A stretch of 25,267 nucleotides of DNA, taken from the NCBI GenBank assembly GCA_964477885.1, contig CAYZHR010000001.1:1-25267 (forward strand). Reading direction: 5' to 3'. The number at the start of each line of letters is the position of its first letter. The first letter of the stretch is position 1. Made by a program: the position numbers and the translations under genes. The notes under the pieces are model-generated. The model saw only the letters and a list, made by a program, of their open reading frames with translations. It had not been told where the DNA came from and did not search any database. Positions 14,215-23,266 of this stretch are shown piece by piece. The stretch comes from an uncultured Candidatus Saccharibacteria bacterium (lineage in GTDB: Bacteria; Patescibacteriota; Minisyncoccia; Minisyncoccales; MHMH01).

Positions 14215-15270
14215 ATGAGTCAAAAAGGTGAAAATGCTTATGCTGAAGCTGGCGTAGATATTGAGGCGGGAAAAAAAGCAGTGGAATTAATAAAACCACA
14301 TATCCGTTCAACTTATGGCAGCAGGGTGCTGAGCAATATCGGCTCTTTCGCCGGACTGCTTGACGTCTCTTTCTTGAAACAATACCAAAACCCAGTCCTG
14401 GCGATGAGCTGCGATGGTCCTGGCACTAAAATCATCTTAAGCGAGATGACGGATAATTATCAGGTGGGCCGCTGCATTGTTAATCATAATGTCAACGATA
14501 TTCTCTGTTCGGGAGCCCACCCCATTGCTTTCTTGAATTATCTAGGTTCAGCCAAGTTAGAACCGGAAGTGATAGAAAAAATTGTGGCTGAGATGGCAGT
14601 GGCTTGCCGGGAACTGGGCATTCCCATAATTAGCGGGGAAACGGCTGAAATGCCCAGCGTCTATCAAGCAGAACGGCATGAAGCAGTCGGCTTTATTGTC
14701 GGTGTAACGGAAAAAGACAGAATACTCGACGGCAGCAAAATTAGAGAGGGAGACGCATTGATTGGCCTGCCGTCGAACGGCCTCCATACGAGCGGCTACT
14801 CTCTGGCCAGAAAAGCTTTCTTTGAAACCGCTGGCTGCAATGCCAATACTTATCTCAGGGAACTTGGCTGTACTGTCGGAGAAGAACTGCTCAAAGTCCA
14901 CAAATGCTATCTTAAATCGGTCGAAAGAGCTCTGGCAATCGGCAGCAAAGTTCACGCTATGGCGCATATCACCGGCGGGGGTTTTTACGACAACATTGGC
15001 CGACTCCTGGAAGACGGACTCTGCGCTGAGATTTCTGGCCGATGGAAAATACCGTCAGTCTTCCGCCTAATCCAGCGGATAGAAAACCTATCAAGCAAAG
15101 ATATGCGTCATTTTTTCAACCTAGGCGTTGGTTTCGTATTGATTGTCCCGCCCGAACAGACAAAATACGTCAGAGGCAACTTGTGGCTGGCCGGCGAAAC
15201 AAACAATGTCCTGATGGGGAAAATAAAGAAAACCCGTTTAAAGAAGAAAAAAGTTGTCTTCACCTATTAA
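14215..15270 (+). CDS. purM: Phosphoribosylformylglycinamidine cyclo-ligase (AIR synthetase), divergent
   Basis: YAEAGVDIEAG, DGPGTK, NDIL, GETAEMP, SNGLH, AHITGGG, FNLGVG. Confidence 0.88.
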   Translation: MSQKGENAYAEAGVDIEAGKKAVELIKPHIRSTYGSRVLSNIGSFAGLLDVSFLKQYQNPVLAMSCDGPGTKIILSEMTDNYQVGRCIVNHNVNDILCSGAHPIAFLNYLGSAKLEPEVIEKIVAEMAVACRELGIPIISGETAEMPSVYQAERHEAVGFIVGVTEKDRILDGSKIREGDALIGLPSNGLHTSGYSLARKAFFETAGCNANTYLRELGCTVGEELLKVHKCYLKSVERALAIGSKVHAMAHITGGGFYDNIGRLLEDGLCAEISGRWKIPSVFRLIQRIENLSSKDMRHFFNLGVGFVLIVPPEQTKYVRGNLWLAGETNNVLMGKIKKTRLKKKKVVFTY

Positions 15271-15272
15271 CG

Positions 15273-15300
15273 AAAAACCCGTTCCGAGAACGGGTTGTTT
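15273..15300. terminator. Probable intrinsic terminator between convergent purM and gap
   Basis: AAAAACCCGTTC-cga-GAACGGGTTGTTT: 9 bp GC-rich stem with an A-tract before and a T-rich tract after. Confidence 0.75.
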
Positions 15301-15308
15301 ATTTAATT

Positions 15309-15327
15309 GAGGTTTCGCCTCGATCAA
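15309..15327 (-). repeat. REP-like motif, family B, overlapping the gap stop codon
   Basis: Minus strand TTGATCGAGGCGAAACCTC. Confidence 0.55.
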
Positions 15328-16304
15328 ATTTTTTGGCCGACGAATTCGGTGAATTCGGCTAAACGGCAAGCGTAGCCGTATTCGTTGTCATACCAGGCCA
15401 GAACTTTAACCAGGTTACCATTGACTATGGTGTTTTCAGCATCAACAATCGCTGAGTTAGTATTGCCGATGAAGTCTGAAGAAACCAAAGGCAGTTCCTC
15501 CACTGCTAAAATTCCTTTAAGTTCTTCAGTCTGGGCAGCTTTTTTAAAAGCGGCACTGACCGTTTCCGCCGAAGGTTTCTTTTGCACTTCGCAAACTAAA
15601 TCAAGAATGGAAACGGTAGGAGTCGGCACTCTTATGGCAATGCCGTCCAATTTCCCTTTAAGTTCGGGAATCACATTGCCAATGGCTCTGGCCGCGCCGG
15701 TCGAGGTCGGTATCAGGTTCAAAGCAGCGGCTCTCGCCCTTCTCAGATCTTTGTGGGGCAGATCTAAAATTCTCTGGTCGTTGGTGTAGCTGTGAATGGT
15801 GGTCATAAAACCCCGCACAATGCCGAAATTGTCATTTAAAACTTTGGCCACCGGCGCCAGGCAATTGGTCGTACAGGAAGCCATATCTAAAACATCATAT
15901 TTTTTGAGGTCTAATTTATCTTCATTGACTCCTAAAACATGGGAGGGAATTTTATCCGGACTTTTGGAAGGAGCGGAAATTATCACTTTCTTGGCGCCAG
16001 CAGCAATGTGTTTTTTAGCGCCTGCCAAATCCGTAAAAATGCCGGTTGATTCAATCACTACGTCAACCCCCAACTTCTTCCATGGCAGGTTGGCCGGGTC
16101 TTTCTCAGCTAAAATCTTCACCTCCGAGCCGATGGATTTATCAAACCGGCCGTAAATGGAGTCGTATTTTAAAAGGTGGTTTAAGGTTTTAGGGTCGGTC
16201 AAGTCGTTGATCGCCACCACCTGCAAATTGGGGTGGCTCTCTAAAATCCTCCGGAGAACCGGCCGACCGATGCGCCCGAAACCGTTAATGGCAACTTTTA
16301 CCAT
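15324..16304 (-). CDS. gap: Type I glyceraldehyde-3-phosphate dehydrogenase
   Basis: INGFGRIGR, ASCTTNCLAP, RVPTPTVS, WYDNEYGY. Confidence 0.96.
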   Translation of the reverse strand: MVKVAINGFGRIGRPVLRRILESHPNLQVVAINDLTDPKTLNHLLKYDSIYGRFDKSIGSEVKILAEKDPANLPWKKLGVDVVIESTGIFTDLAGAKKHIAAGAKKVIISAPSKSPDKIPSHVLGVNEDKLDLKKYDVLDMASCTTNCLAPVAKVLNDNFGIVRGFMTTIHSYTNDQRILDLPHKDLRRARAAALNLIPTSTGAARAIGNVIPELKGKLDGIAIRVPTPTVSILDLVCEVQKKPSAETVSAAFKKAAQTEELKGILAVEELPLVSSDFIGNTNSAIVDAENTIVNGNLVKVLAWYDNEYGYACRLAEFTEFVGQKI

Positions 16305-16308
16305 GGAT

Positions 16309-16548
16309 TTATTCTTGAATATTTAATAATTTTACGATTTTCTCTTTGTCAAAACCAACAATAAATTCTCCGCCTATATCAACTACCGGCGCTCCCATCT
16401 GTTTTGATTTTTGAATCATTTCTTCACGGGCTTGGGCGTTGGTGGCCACATCAACATCTTCAAATTCAATTTGGTGTTCCTTCAGCCACTCTTTCAAAGT
16501 GTAGCAATAGGGGCAAGCGGGGGTGGAAAAAACGCGAACTTTAGGCAT
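16309..16548 (-). CDS. Glutaredoxin/NrdH-like redoxin
   Basis: CPYC active site, GAPVV cis-Pro, IVGFD. Confidence 0.9.
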   Translation of the reverse strand: MPKVRVFSTPACPYCYTLKEWLKEHQIEFEDVDVATNAQAREEMIQKSKQMGAPVVDIGGEFIVGFDKEKIVKLLNIQE

Positions 16549-16556
16549 AAATAATT

Positions 16557-17402
16557 TTAACGGTTAGTTAATAAAGCAGCACCAATGGCACCCGCCAATT
16601 CTCCTAGCTTGGCTTTTCTTATTTTAACATATTTTCTGGAAAGGGGCGAAATGGCTCTCTTGTCAACTTCTTTTTTGGCTTGTTCAATAAAAAGGGGGAA
16701 AGAGTTGGCTATGCCTCCTCCCAAAATAAAAACTTGCGGATCTAAAATGTTGACAATATTGCTCAATCCTATTCCCAGATAGCGGCCGTATTCCCGATAT
16801 ATTTTTTGGGCTTTTTTGTCGCCTCTCTTAGCCATTTCGGATAATTCTTGGGGCGAAAATCCTTGCTTCAGGAAAAATTTAGCCGAGCAGTAATCTTCCA
16901 AAGAACCGTCGGAATCAATCATCATGTGGCCGGCTTCCCCGGCTGAACCGAAAGTTCCCCGATAAATTTTCCCAGCCATAACTATTCCTCCGCCCACGCC
17001 GCTTCCCAGAGTCATGCCAAAAACCGTTCTTGCCCCTTTGCCCGCTCCCCATAAAGTTTCAGCCAAAGCAAAACAGTCGGCGTCATTGGCCATGACTGTT
17101 TTTATCTTAACCTTCTTTTGGATAATTTTCGCCAGACGGACATTCCGAAGGCATCTTATATTCACAGGATTCAAAATTAAATCCCCTTTCAAATCAAGGG
17201 GAGAGGGTACGCCCAAACCGATTCCTGAAATCTTTGATTTGGGCAGGTTTGAAATTAAGCGTTCAATGTTTTTCACCAAAACTTCAATCAGCTTTGCCTT
17301 GCTTTTTGGAGTAGCAATCCGTCCGGTTCTGACAATTTTAGAGTTCTTGAGTAAAACAAAATTTATTTTAGTGCCGCCAATGTCAACGCCAATTTTATAC
17401 AT
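16557..17402 (-). CDS. ROK-family sugar kinase (glucokinase-like)
   Basis: GVDIGGTK, ANDADCFALAE, TLGSGVGGG, GEAGHM; no DNA-binding N-terminus. Confidence 0.88.
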   Translation of the reverse strand: MYKIGVDIGGTKINFVLLKNSKIVRTGRIATPKSKAKLIEVLVKNIERLISNLPKSKISGIGLGVPSPLDLKGDLILNPVNIRCLRNVRLAKIIQKKVKIKTVMANDADCFALAETLWGAGKGARTVFGMTLGSGVGGGIVMAGKIYRGTFGSAGEAGHMMIDSDGSLEDYCSAKFFLKQGFSPQELSEMAKRGDKKAQKIYREYGRYLGIGLSNIVNILDPQVFILGGGIANSFPLFIEQAKKEVDKRAISPLSRKYVKIRKAKLGELAGAIGAALLTNR

Positions 17403-17420
17403 AATTGCGAAATTAAAATC

Positions 17421-18071
17421 TTACTGTAGGGGACAACCCGACAATTCGGCCAGCTCCTCCAAAGTTTTGTAGCCGGACGACATCTCGCCGCTGGACAGCT
17501 GCCAAGTCGGCACTCCCAGACCGCCTGCAACATAAATCCCTTCGGCCGCACAAGCAGCGGTGGCTCCGCCCGTTTCTTCATCCAGGCATTCGACGTAATC
17601 AACGTACTGCATTGAATCGCCGAACAGTTCTTTTTCCTGGGCGCACCAACCGCAAGTCTGGGAACCGTAAAACTTCATTCCTTTTTCGGTCAGACACTGC
17701 GCAAAACCATCTAAATCGGAGTAAGAAGTGGTTTCTTCGACAGAAGTTCCTTCAAGAGGAGTTTCCTCAACTGTCTGCTCTTCTAGGTTAAAACCCGAAG
17801 GAAACAAAAACTTGCCGCTTTTGGTCATAAAAGAGTCGTATTCCGTGTCGGCGATTTTAAGATGAATCCGGAAAACTTCGTCTTCGTCCACCACCTCAAT
17901 CAAGGAAGCAGTCACTCCCTGATCGGCAATGCTTTGGTTAATGAAAGCAATGGATTTCTCGCCGGCTTCTTGGATTGAAATTGAAGCGCTACCTTGCTTT
18001 ACATAAATAAAAGCGCCGGCAATCAAAAGAGCAGCGAGTATTATGGCTATGGGTATAAAATGTTTCTGCAT
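17421..18071 (-). CDS. Membrane-anchored extracytoplasmic thioredoxin-like protein
   Basis: N-terminal TM helix, acidic linker, FYGSQTCGWC CxxC domain with further Cys (YVEC, CAAEG, VPTW). Confidence 0.65.
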   Translation of the reverse strand: MQKHFIPIAIILAALLIAGAFIYVKQGSASISIQEAGEKSIAFINQSIADQGVTASLIEVVDEDEVFRIHLKIADTEYDSFMTKSGKFLFPSGFNLEEQTVEETPLEGTSVEETTSYSDLDGFAQCLTEKGMKFYGSQTCGWCAQEKELFGDSMQYVDYVECLDEETGGATAACAAEGIYVAGGLGVPTWQLSSGEMSSGYKTLEELAELSGCPLQ

Positions 18072-18085
18072 ATGTTTATAGGATA

Positions 18086-18685
18086 TTACAAATCCTCTTT
18101 TTTGTAAAGTCCGTGGTTGAATTCATATTTTATTAAGCCGGCATAAGGAACTTCAAGGTTAATAATATCTTCATCGGATATTTTTTCAATGTATTTTATT
18201 ACAGCCCTTAAAGAATTGTGGCTGGCGACAATTAAAACATTCTTTCCTTCTTTCAAGTCTTTCTCAACGTACTTCTTGAAAAATGTCACCGCTCTTTGAT
18301 AAACGTCTTTCAGGCTTTCGCCAGCAGGCGGCGCCACGTCCCAGCTTCGCCGCCACAAGCGAACTTTCTCCTCGCCGTATTGTTTTTTAACGTCGTCTTT
18401 ATTCAAACCCTGAAATTTTCCGTAATTTCTTTCGTCCAACGCCTTATCAATGACAATCGGCAAACCATCTTTACCGAGTTCTTTTAAAATTAAAGAGACC
18501 GTTTCTTTGTTTCTAATTAGGGGCGAAGTATAAACTTTATCAATCTTAAAATTGGCCAGTTTTCCGGCGGTCTCTTTGGCGCTTGCAATTCCCTCTTGGC
18601 ACAAAGGCACATCTGTCCAGCCGGTAAACCGGTTTTCCAAATTCCACTGCGATTTAAGATGCCTCAACAGAATCAACTTTGCCAT
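18086..18685 (-). CDS. gpmA: 2,3-BPG-dependent phosphoglycerate mutase
   Basis: [41 protein letters not shown]. Confidence 0.88.
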   Translation of the reverse strand: MAKLILLRHLKSQWNLENRFTGWTDVPLCQEGIASAKETAGKLANFKIDKVYTSPLIRNKETVSLILKELGKDGLPIVIDKALDERNYGKFQGLNKDDVKKQYGEEKVRLWRRSWDVAPPAGESLKDVYQRAVTFFKKYVEKDLKEGKNVLIVASHNSLRAVIKYIEKISDEDIINLEVPYAGLIKYEFNHGLYKKEDL

Positions 18686-20873
18686 GTTCTCTTAATATAC
18701 CATATCTGTACCTTTTCATTAAGAGGGAATTGGAAACCACGCTGACCGAAGAAAAAGCCATAGCCGCAGCTGCAATTGTTGGATTGAGCAAAAATCCGAA
18801 AAAAGGATAAAGGATGCCGGCCGCTACCGGAATACCCACGATGTTGTAGAAAAAAGCCCAGAAAAGATTTTGTTTGATTTTGCTTAAAGTGTATTTACTC
18901 AAATCAATCGCTTTAATAACGTCTCTCAAATCGTCTTTAATTAAAACTATTTCTCCGGTCTCCATGGCGACATCGGTGCCCGAACCCAAGGCAATGCCTA
19001 AATCAGCCTGGGCTAAAGCCGGCGCATCATTAATCCCGTCGCCCACCATGGCCACGATATTGCCCTCACTTTGTAATTTTTTGATTTCGGCTGATTTTTC
19101 CTGCGGTAAAACCTCGGCTAAAACCCTATCAATCCCAAGTTCTTTGGCTATGGCCTGGCCCACCCGTTCGTTATCGCCGGTAATAATAGCTACCTTCTTC
19201 CCCATTTTATGAAGCATCTTGACGGCTTCTTTGGAATATTCTTTAAGCGTATCAGCCACAGCAATTAAGCCGATTATTTGACTGTCAAAAGCCAATACCA
19301 TCACGGTCTGGCCTTGATTTTCTAAGGCGACCATTTTTTCTTCCACTATAGCTGGATTAATTTGATTATCTATCATTAATTTTCTCGTTCCCAAGAGAAT
19401 TTTCTCATTTTCTAAATTGGCTGAAACGCCGTGGCCGGGAATAGCTTGAAACCCTTTGACTTCGCTCAGGGCAAGATTTTCCTCTTTCGCCTTTTTAACA
19501 ATTGCTTGAGCTAAAGGATGTTCTGAATTTCTTTCTATCGAAGCGGCTATTTGTAAAACATTAAGTTCAAAGTCCGAAGTTTTGACAATGTCAGTCACCA
19601 CCGGCTCTCCTTTGGTGAGCGTCCCTGTTTTGTCAAAAATCACCATGTTCACATCACGAGCGATTTCTAAGGCCTTGCCGCTTTTGATTAGAATGCCGTT
19701 TTGCGCGGCCAAACCCGTGCCCATCATGACGGCGGTCGGCGTGGCTAAACCCAAAGCGCAGGGACAAGCAATAATTAAAACAGCCACGAAAACCGTTAAG
19801 GCAAAAGCCAGTGGCTGTCCTAAAACCAGCCAGACAGCTGCGGCCAAAATAGCGATCGCCATTACCGTTGGTACGAAATAAAAAGAAACTTTGTCGGCCA
19901 AAAGCTGAATCGGGGCTTTGGACCCCATCGCATCTTCGACGATTTTAATAATCTGAGCAAGCATCGTGTCTTTGCCGACTCTGGTCGCCTTGAATTTCAA
20001 AACGCCGGTTTTATTGATAGTAGCTCCGATCACTTCGTCCCCTTTCTTTTTTTCGACCGGAATGCTTTCTCCGGTAATCGCCTTTTCATCGACTCCCGAA
20101 TAACCATCGATGACCATACCGTCAACAGGGATTTTCTCACCCGGTTTAACTAAAACAATATCACCGATCTGAACCTCTGAAATGGATGTTTTCATTTCTT
20201 CGCCATTTTTAATAATCGTCGCCTCTTTGGGTTGCAGACCGATAAGTTTTTTTATCGCAGCTCCTGTTTTCCCCTTAGTTAATTCTTCCAAGTAATGACC
20301 CAAAGAAATGAAAATCAAAATGAAAACTGCACTTTCGTAATACAGATTTTGATCTGAAGATAAAACCGAAATGACTACGCTGTAAAAGTAAGCGGTGGCT
20401 GTCCCAATAAAAATCAAGGAATTCATATTGGGATGCAGTCTTCTCAAGCCTCTGAAGCCGTCAGCCCAGATATTAAAAGAGGCTAAAATCACGACCGTGG
20501 CTAAAATAAATTGTAAGGGTATGGCGTATTCTTCCAAAATCATCGGTATGGGTAAGCCAATCATCCCGCCCATTACCATATAAATAATGGGCAGGCCGCA
20601 AACAAGAGCGACGACGAATCGCTTTTTTAATGTTTGGGCTTTGCCGTGATGATCTGTGCTCCCATCCTCCATAAGTTTATAACCCAATTTATCAACCGCG
20701 TTTTTTACTTTTTCCAAAGAAATTTGCGCGGGATCGTATTCCAAATAAAGTTTCTCTAAGGCAAAATTAACATTGGCTGATTTAACGCCCGCTTCTTTTC
20801 CAAGCGCATGTTCGATATTGGCCGCGCAAGAAGCGCAATGCATGCCGGAAATTTTTAAGATTGTTTTTTTCAT
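18654..20873 (-). CDS. copA: Cu(I)-exporting P1B-1 ATPase
   Basis: GMHCASC HMA domain, [26 protein letters not shown] and MAFSS motifs. ATG at 20873 preferred over TTG at 20879. Confidence 0.93.
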   Translation of the reverse strand: MKKTILKISGMHCASCAANIEHALGKEAGVKSANVNFALEKLYLEYDPAQISLEKVKNAVDKLGYKLMEDGSTDHHGKAQTLKKRFVVALVCGLPIIYMVMGGMIGLPIPMILEEYAIPLQFILATVVILASFNIWADGFRGLRRLHPNMNSLIFIGTATAYFYSVVISVLSSDQNLYYESAVFILIFISLGHYLEELTKGKTGAAIKKLIGLQPKEATIIKNGEEMKTSISEVQIGDIVLVKPGEKIPVDGMVIDGYSGVDEKAITGESIPVEKKKGDEVIGATINKTGVLKFKATRVGKDTMLAQIIKIVEDAMGSKAPIQLLADKVSFYFVPTVMAIAILAAAVWLVLGQPLAFALTVFVAVLIIACPCALGLATPTAVMMGTGLAAQNGILIKSGKALEIARDVNMVIFDKTGTLTKGEPVVTDIVKTSDFELNVLQIAASIERNSEHPLAQAIVKKAKEENLALSEVKGFQAIPGHGVSANLENEKILLGTRKLMIDNQINPAIVEEKMVALENQGQTVMVLAFDSQIIGLIAVADTLKEYSKEAVKMLHKMGKKVAIITGDNERVGQAIAKELGIDRVLAEVLPQEKSAEIKKLQSEGNIVAMVGDGINDAPALAQADLGIALGSGTDVAMETGEIVLIKDDLRDVIKAIDLSKYTLSKIKQNLFWAFFYNIVGIPVAAGILYPFFGFLLNPTIAAAAMAFSSVSVVSNSLLMKRYRYGILREHGKVDSVEAS
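18694..18702 (-). promoter_or_regulatory. Candidate extended -10 promoter for gpmA embedded in the copA 3' end
   Basis: TGgTATATT 8 nt before the gpmA ATG. Confidence 0.5.
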
Positions 20874-20883
20874 GGTCAAATAA

Positions 20884-21411
20884 TTAAAATAAGTTGGAGG
20901 CCTGTTCTAAGTCTGCCTGCTCAATAACAATTTCGCCGTTTCTAACTTCCAAATTGGGACTAATCGGCCCGGGATTGCAACCGCCTTTTTCGGTGGCGAT
21001 TTTTTCTATCGGATAGCGGTTGCCGCAATTATTGCAAACAATCATGTCCCCTTCCTGACGAAATCCTTTGTACGTTTTAAAACAGACCGCACAGGCGTTG
21101 GCGGCGGCTCGATAAATTCCGTTTTTGTCTTTAACGACAAAAAAGTATATCTTCTTCCCGTCGGACATTTTAACGTTGTAAAAACGCGCTTGGTTATCGT
21201 CGAAAATTGAGGCGTTTAGTTTTATCTCGCCGTTTTCCAGGCTCACGCTTTTTCCCTTTTCTCCGATAAAGCCTGCTTCGGGTTTAATCGGCAACTGAAG
21301 AGAAGCAGCCACATTAGAAGCTTCCGGTTTAGAAAATTTATCAACTAACAAAAATCCGCCAGCAATTAATATTAAGACCCCAATTAGAATAATAAAGATT
21401 TTTTTGGTCAT
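20884..21411 (-). CDS. DUF2318-like membrane-anchored Cys-rich (predicted Fe-S) protein
   Basis: [22 protein letters not shown] pattern; N-terminal TM; ATG 21411 overlaps the upstream stop. Confidence 0.75.
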   Translation of the reverse strand: MTKKIFIILIGVLILIAGGFLLVDKFSKPEASNVAASLQLPIKPEAGFIGEKGKSVSLENGEIKLNASIFDDNQARFYNVKMSDGKKIYFFVVKDKNGIYRAAANACAVCFKTYKGFRQEGDMIVCNNCGNRYPIEKIATEKGGCNPGPISPNLEVRNGEIVIEQADLEQASNLF

Positions 21412-22874
21412 TTTATTCCGCAGCCACAACTGCATCCTTGAGCGCCTGATGAAACAGTGATTGAGGTTTCCGCTGAATCGTTCTGGTCAATAACTTCTAT
21501 AATCCCGGAAATCATTCCCATCCAGCAGCTGAATTTGTATTTACCCGCTTTCGCCGGCGTGAATTCTTTAACGCTGGTTTGCCCGGGAGTGAGGTTGATT
21601 TCGTCAGAGAAAAGACCTTGGGAGATAACCGCATTAGTGCAGCCGCTGGTGCCGGCATCGGTGATTTCCCACCTAACCGGAATCCCGGCTTTTACCTTGA
21701 AATAATTAGGGCTGTAGCCAGCAGCATAGGCATCCATTTTTAAAACTTGCTTGCCATCGATAATGGAAGCAAAACCATCGTTACCTTGGGAAGAAGTTAA
21801 GGAAACTGATTTGAGCGTTAAATCGCTAAAACTGGCAACGCCCAAAATATTCAATTGGTTGTTAAGGTTGAAAAAAGCGAAAAATAGAATTAAAATGCCA
21901 GCCACTTTTGAAAATTGGTAAGTTAGGTGCGGCCGAGTGGAAACTTTGACAGCGGAAAAACCAATCAGTAAAAGAGCGGGGGCCGTCCCCAAAGCGAAGA
22001 AAGCCATTATCAACCCGCCCTGAACAGGGTTGCCAGAAAGCAAGGCCAGTCCTTGAGACGTAATGGTGAAGCCGCAGGGCAGGAAAAAGGTCAAAGCTCC
22101 CATTATAAATGGCATGTAACGTCCCTTGAAATTAGTCTCATCGGCGATGTATCTTGTGGCGAACTTGGGCAAAGTGGGTTGGAATCTCCGTAGGCTTTTC
22201 ACGCCGAGCATTTGAAGGGCCAAAAACAACATGATAATAGAAACGGTGATAATCAGAAATGAAGTAAACTGTAGGGAAATCTGTAATTTGCTGCCGATGA
22301 CCCCAAGTATTGCGCCCAAAATGGCGTAAGAAACGATTCTGCCTGCGTTAAACATCAGATGCGGTTGGAGTTTCTCCAAAACAGAGTTGTGCTCGGAATA
22401 GATTGCTAACCACTGTTTTGACATGGAAAGAACCATGCCTCCAACCAAAGCGGCACAGCTCGAGATGCCGGCGATAAGACCGAGAAAAAAGAAAGCGGGC
22501 AAAGACGATTTTGAGTTGACGCTGACCAAAGCCGCCAGTCCTGATTTGTTGATGAACAAAAAGGCGGCAATCAATAATAACGAAATGACAAGTATAACAA
22601 ATAAATTCTTTCCATGTTTGTTTCTTTTTTCTTCAAAAGGCTTGTTAGAAAATAGATAATTTTCTTTTTTGAAAAGAGAGTTTAACGTTTCCGTTTTCGG
22701 CCTTTCCCCCACATATTCAATCAAAACCTCTCCCTTGGCGGCTTTCGCTTCCACCGATTTGATTCCTGCTAATTCCAGCAATTTCTTTTCAATTAAAACT
22801 TCACAGGAAGCGCAATGCATCCCCTTCACATAGTAAAGATGTTCCTTTATTTGGGGTTTATTGTCTGGAGACAT
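21408..22874 (-). CDS. HMA + TauE/SafE (DsbD_2)-like membrane domain + cupredoxin-like domain protein
   Basis: GMHCASC, SSCAALVGG, FNAGRIVSY, FLPCG, GCT...FSCWMGM, terminal CSCGC. Confidence 0.85.
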   Translation of the reverse strand: MSPDNKPQIKEHLYYVKGMHCASCEVLIEKKLLELAGIKSVEAKAAKGEVLIEYVGERPKTETLNSLFKKENYLFSNKPFEEKRNKHGKNLFVILVISLLLIAAFLFINKSGLAALVSVNSKSSLPAFFFLGLIAGISSCAALVGGMVLSMSKQWLAIYSEHNSVLEKLQPHLMFNAGRIVSYAILGAILGVIGSKLQISLQFTSFLIITVSIIMLFLALQMLGVKSLRRFQPTLPKFATRYIADETNFKGRYMPFIMGALTFFLPCGFTITSQGLALLSGNPVQGGLIMAFFALGTAPALLLIGFSAVKVSTRPHLTYQFSKVAGILILFFAFFNLNNQLNILGVASFSDLTLKSVSLTSSQGNDGFASIIDGKQVLKMDAYAAGYSPNYFKVKAGIPVRWEITDAGTSGCTNAVISQGLFSDEINLTPGQTSVKEFTPAKAGKYKFSCWMGMISGIIEVIDQNDSAETSITVSSGAQGCSCGCGIK

Positions 22875-22876
22875 TT

Positions 22877-23149
22877 TTATTTATTGAATAATTTTGTCAC
22901 TTTTAAAATCTCGTCTACCATTTCCTGTTTCCTTTTCTCGGAACTCGCGGCCATCGCCTTTTTGAAACAAGTATTTAAATGGTTCTCCATCAACATCTGG
23001 TGAGCCGATTTCAAGAGCCCTAAAACCGCCAAGTTCTGCTGCATAATATTAATGCAATATTCGTTGCTCTCCACCATTTTAATGATTTTTTCAATGACGC
23101 TTTGCGCCTTCTTGAAATTAATTAAAGTTTTTTGTTTTGTCTCTTTCAT
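22877..23149 (-). CDS. csoR: CsoR-family copper-sensing repressor
   Basis: EYCINIMQQ...NHLNTC, giving the Cys/His/Cys Cu(I) ligands; first gene of the copper locus. Confidence 0.85.
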   Translation of the reverse strand: MKETKQKTLINFKKAQSVIEKIIKMVESNEYCINIMQQNLAVLGLLKSAHQMLMENHLNTCFKKAMAASSEKRKQEMVDEILKVTKLFNK

Positions 23150-23183
23150 AATTTTAAAATTGAAAATTGATAATTAGCTATCC

Positions 23184-23236
23184 ATACCCCGACCATAGGT
23201 ATAGGTATATGTTAACAAACCAAGGAGGCCCGTCAA
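23184..23236 (-). promoter_or_regulatory. Copper-locus promoter (TTGACG-16-TAACAT) with CsoR-type operator
   Basis: -35 at 23236-23231 and -10 at 23214-23209; ATACC-N9-GGTAT inverted repeat with an internal C/G tract at 23184-23202, plus an extra half-site to 23208. Confidence 0.65.
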
Positions 23237-23266
23237 GACCCCCCAGCTGTTTTGTTTGAGATACTT

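Noticed and set aside
15336-15359. Hairpin CGAATTC-ggt-GAATTCG at the gap 3' end as a family A REP
   Set aside because: It is explained by the repeated EF codons (AEFTEFVG) and only partly resembles the REP.
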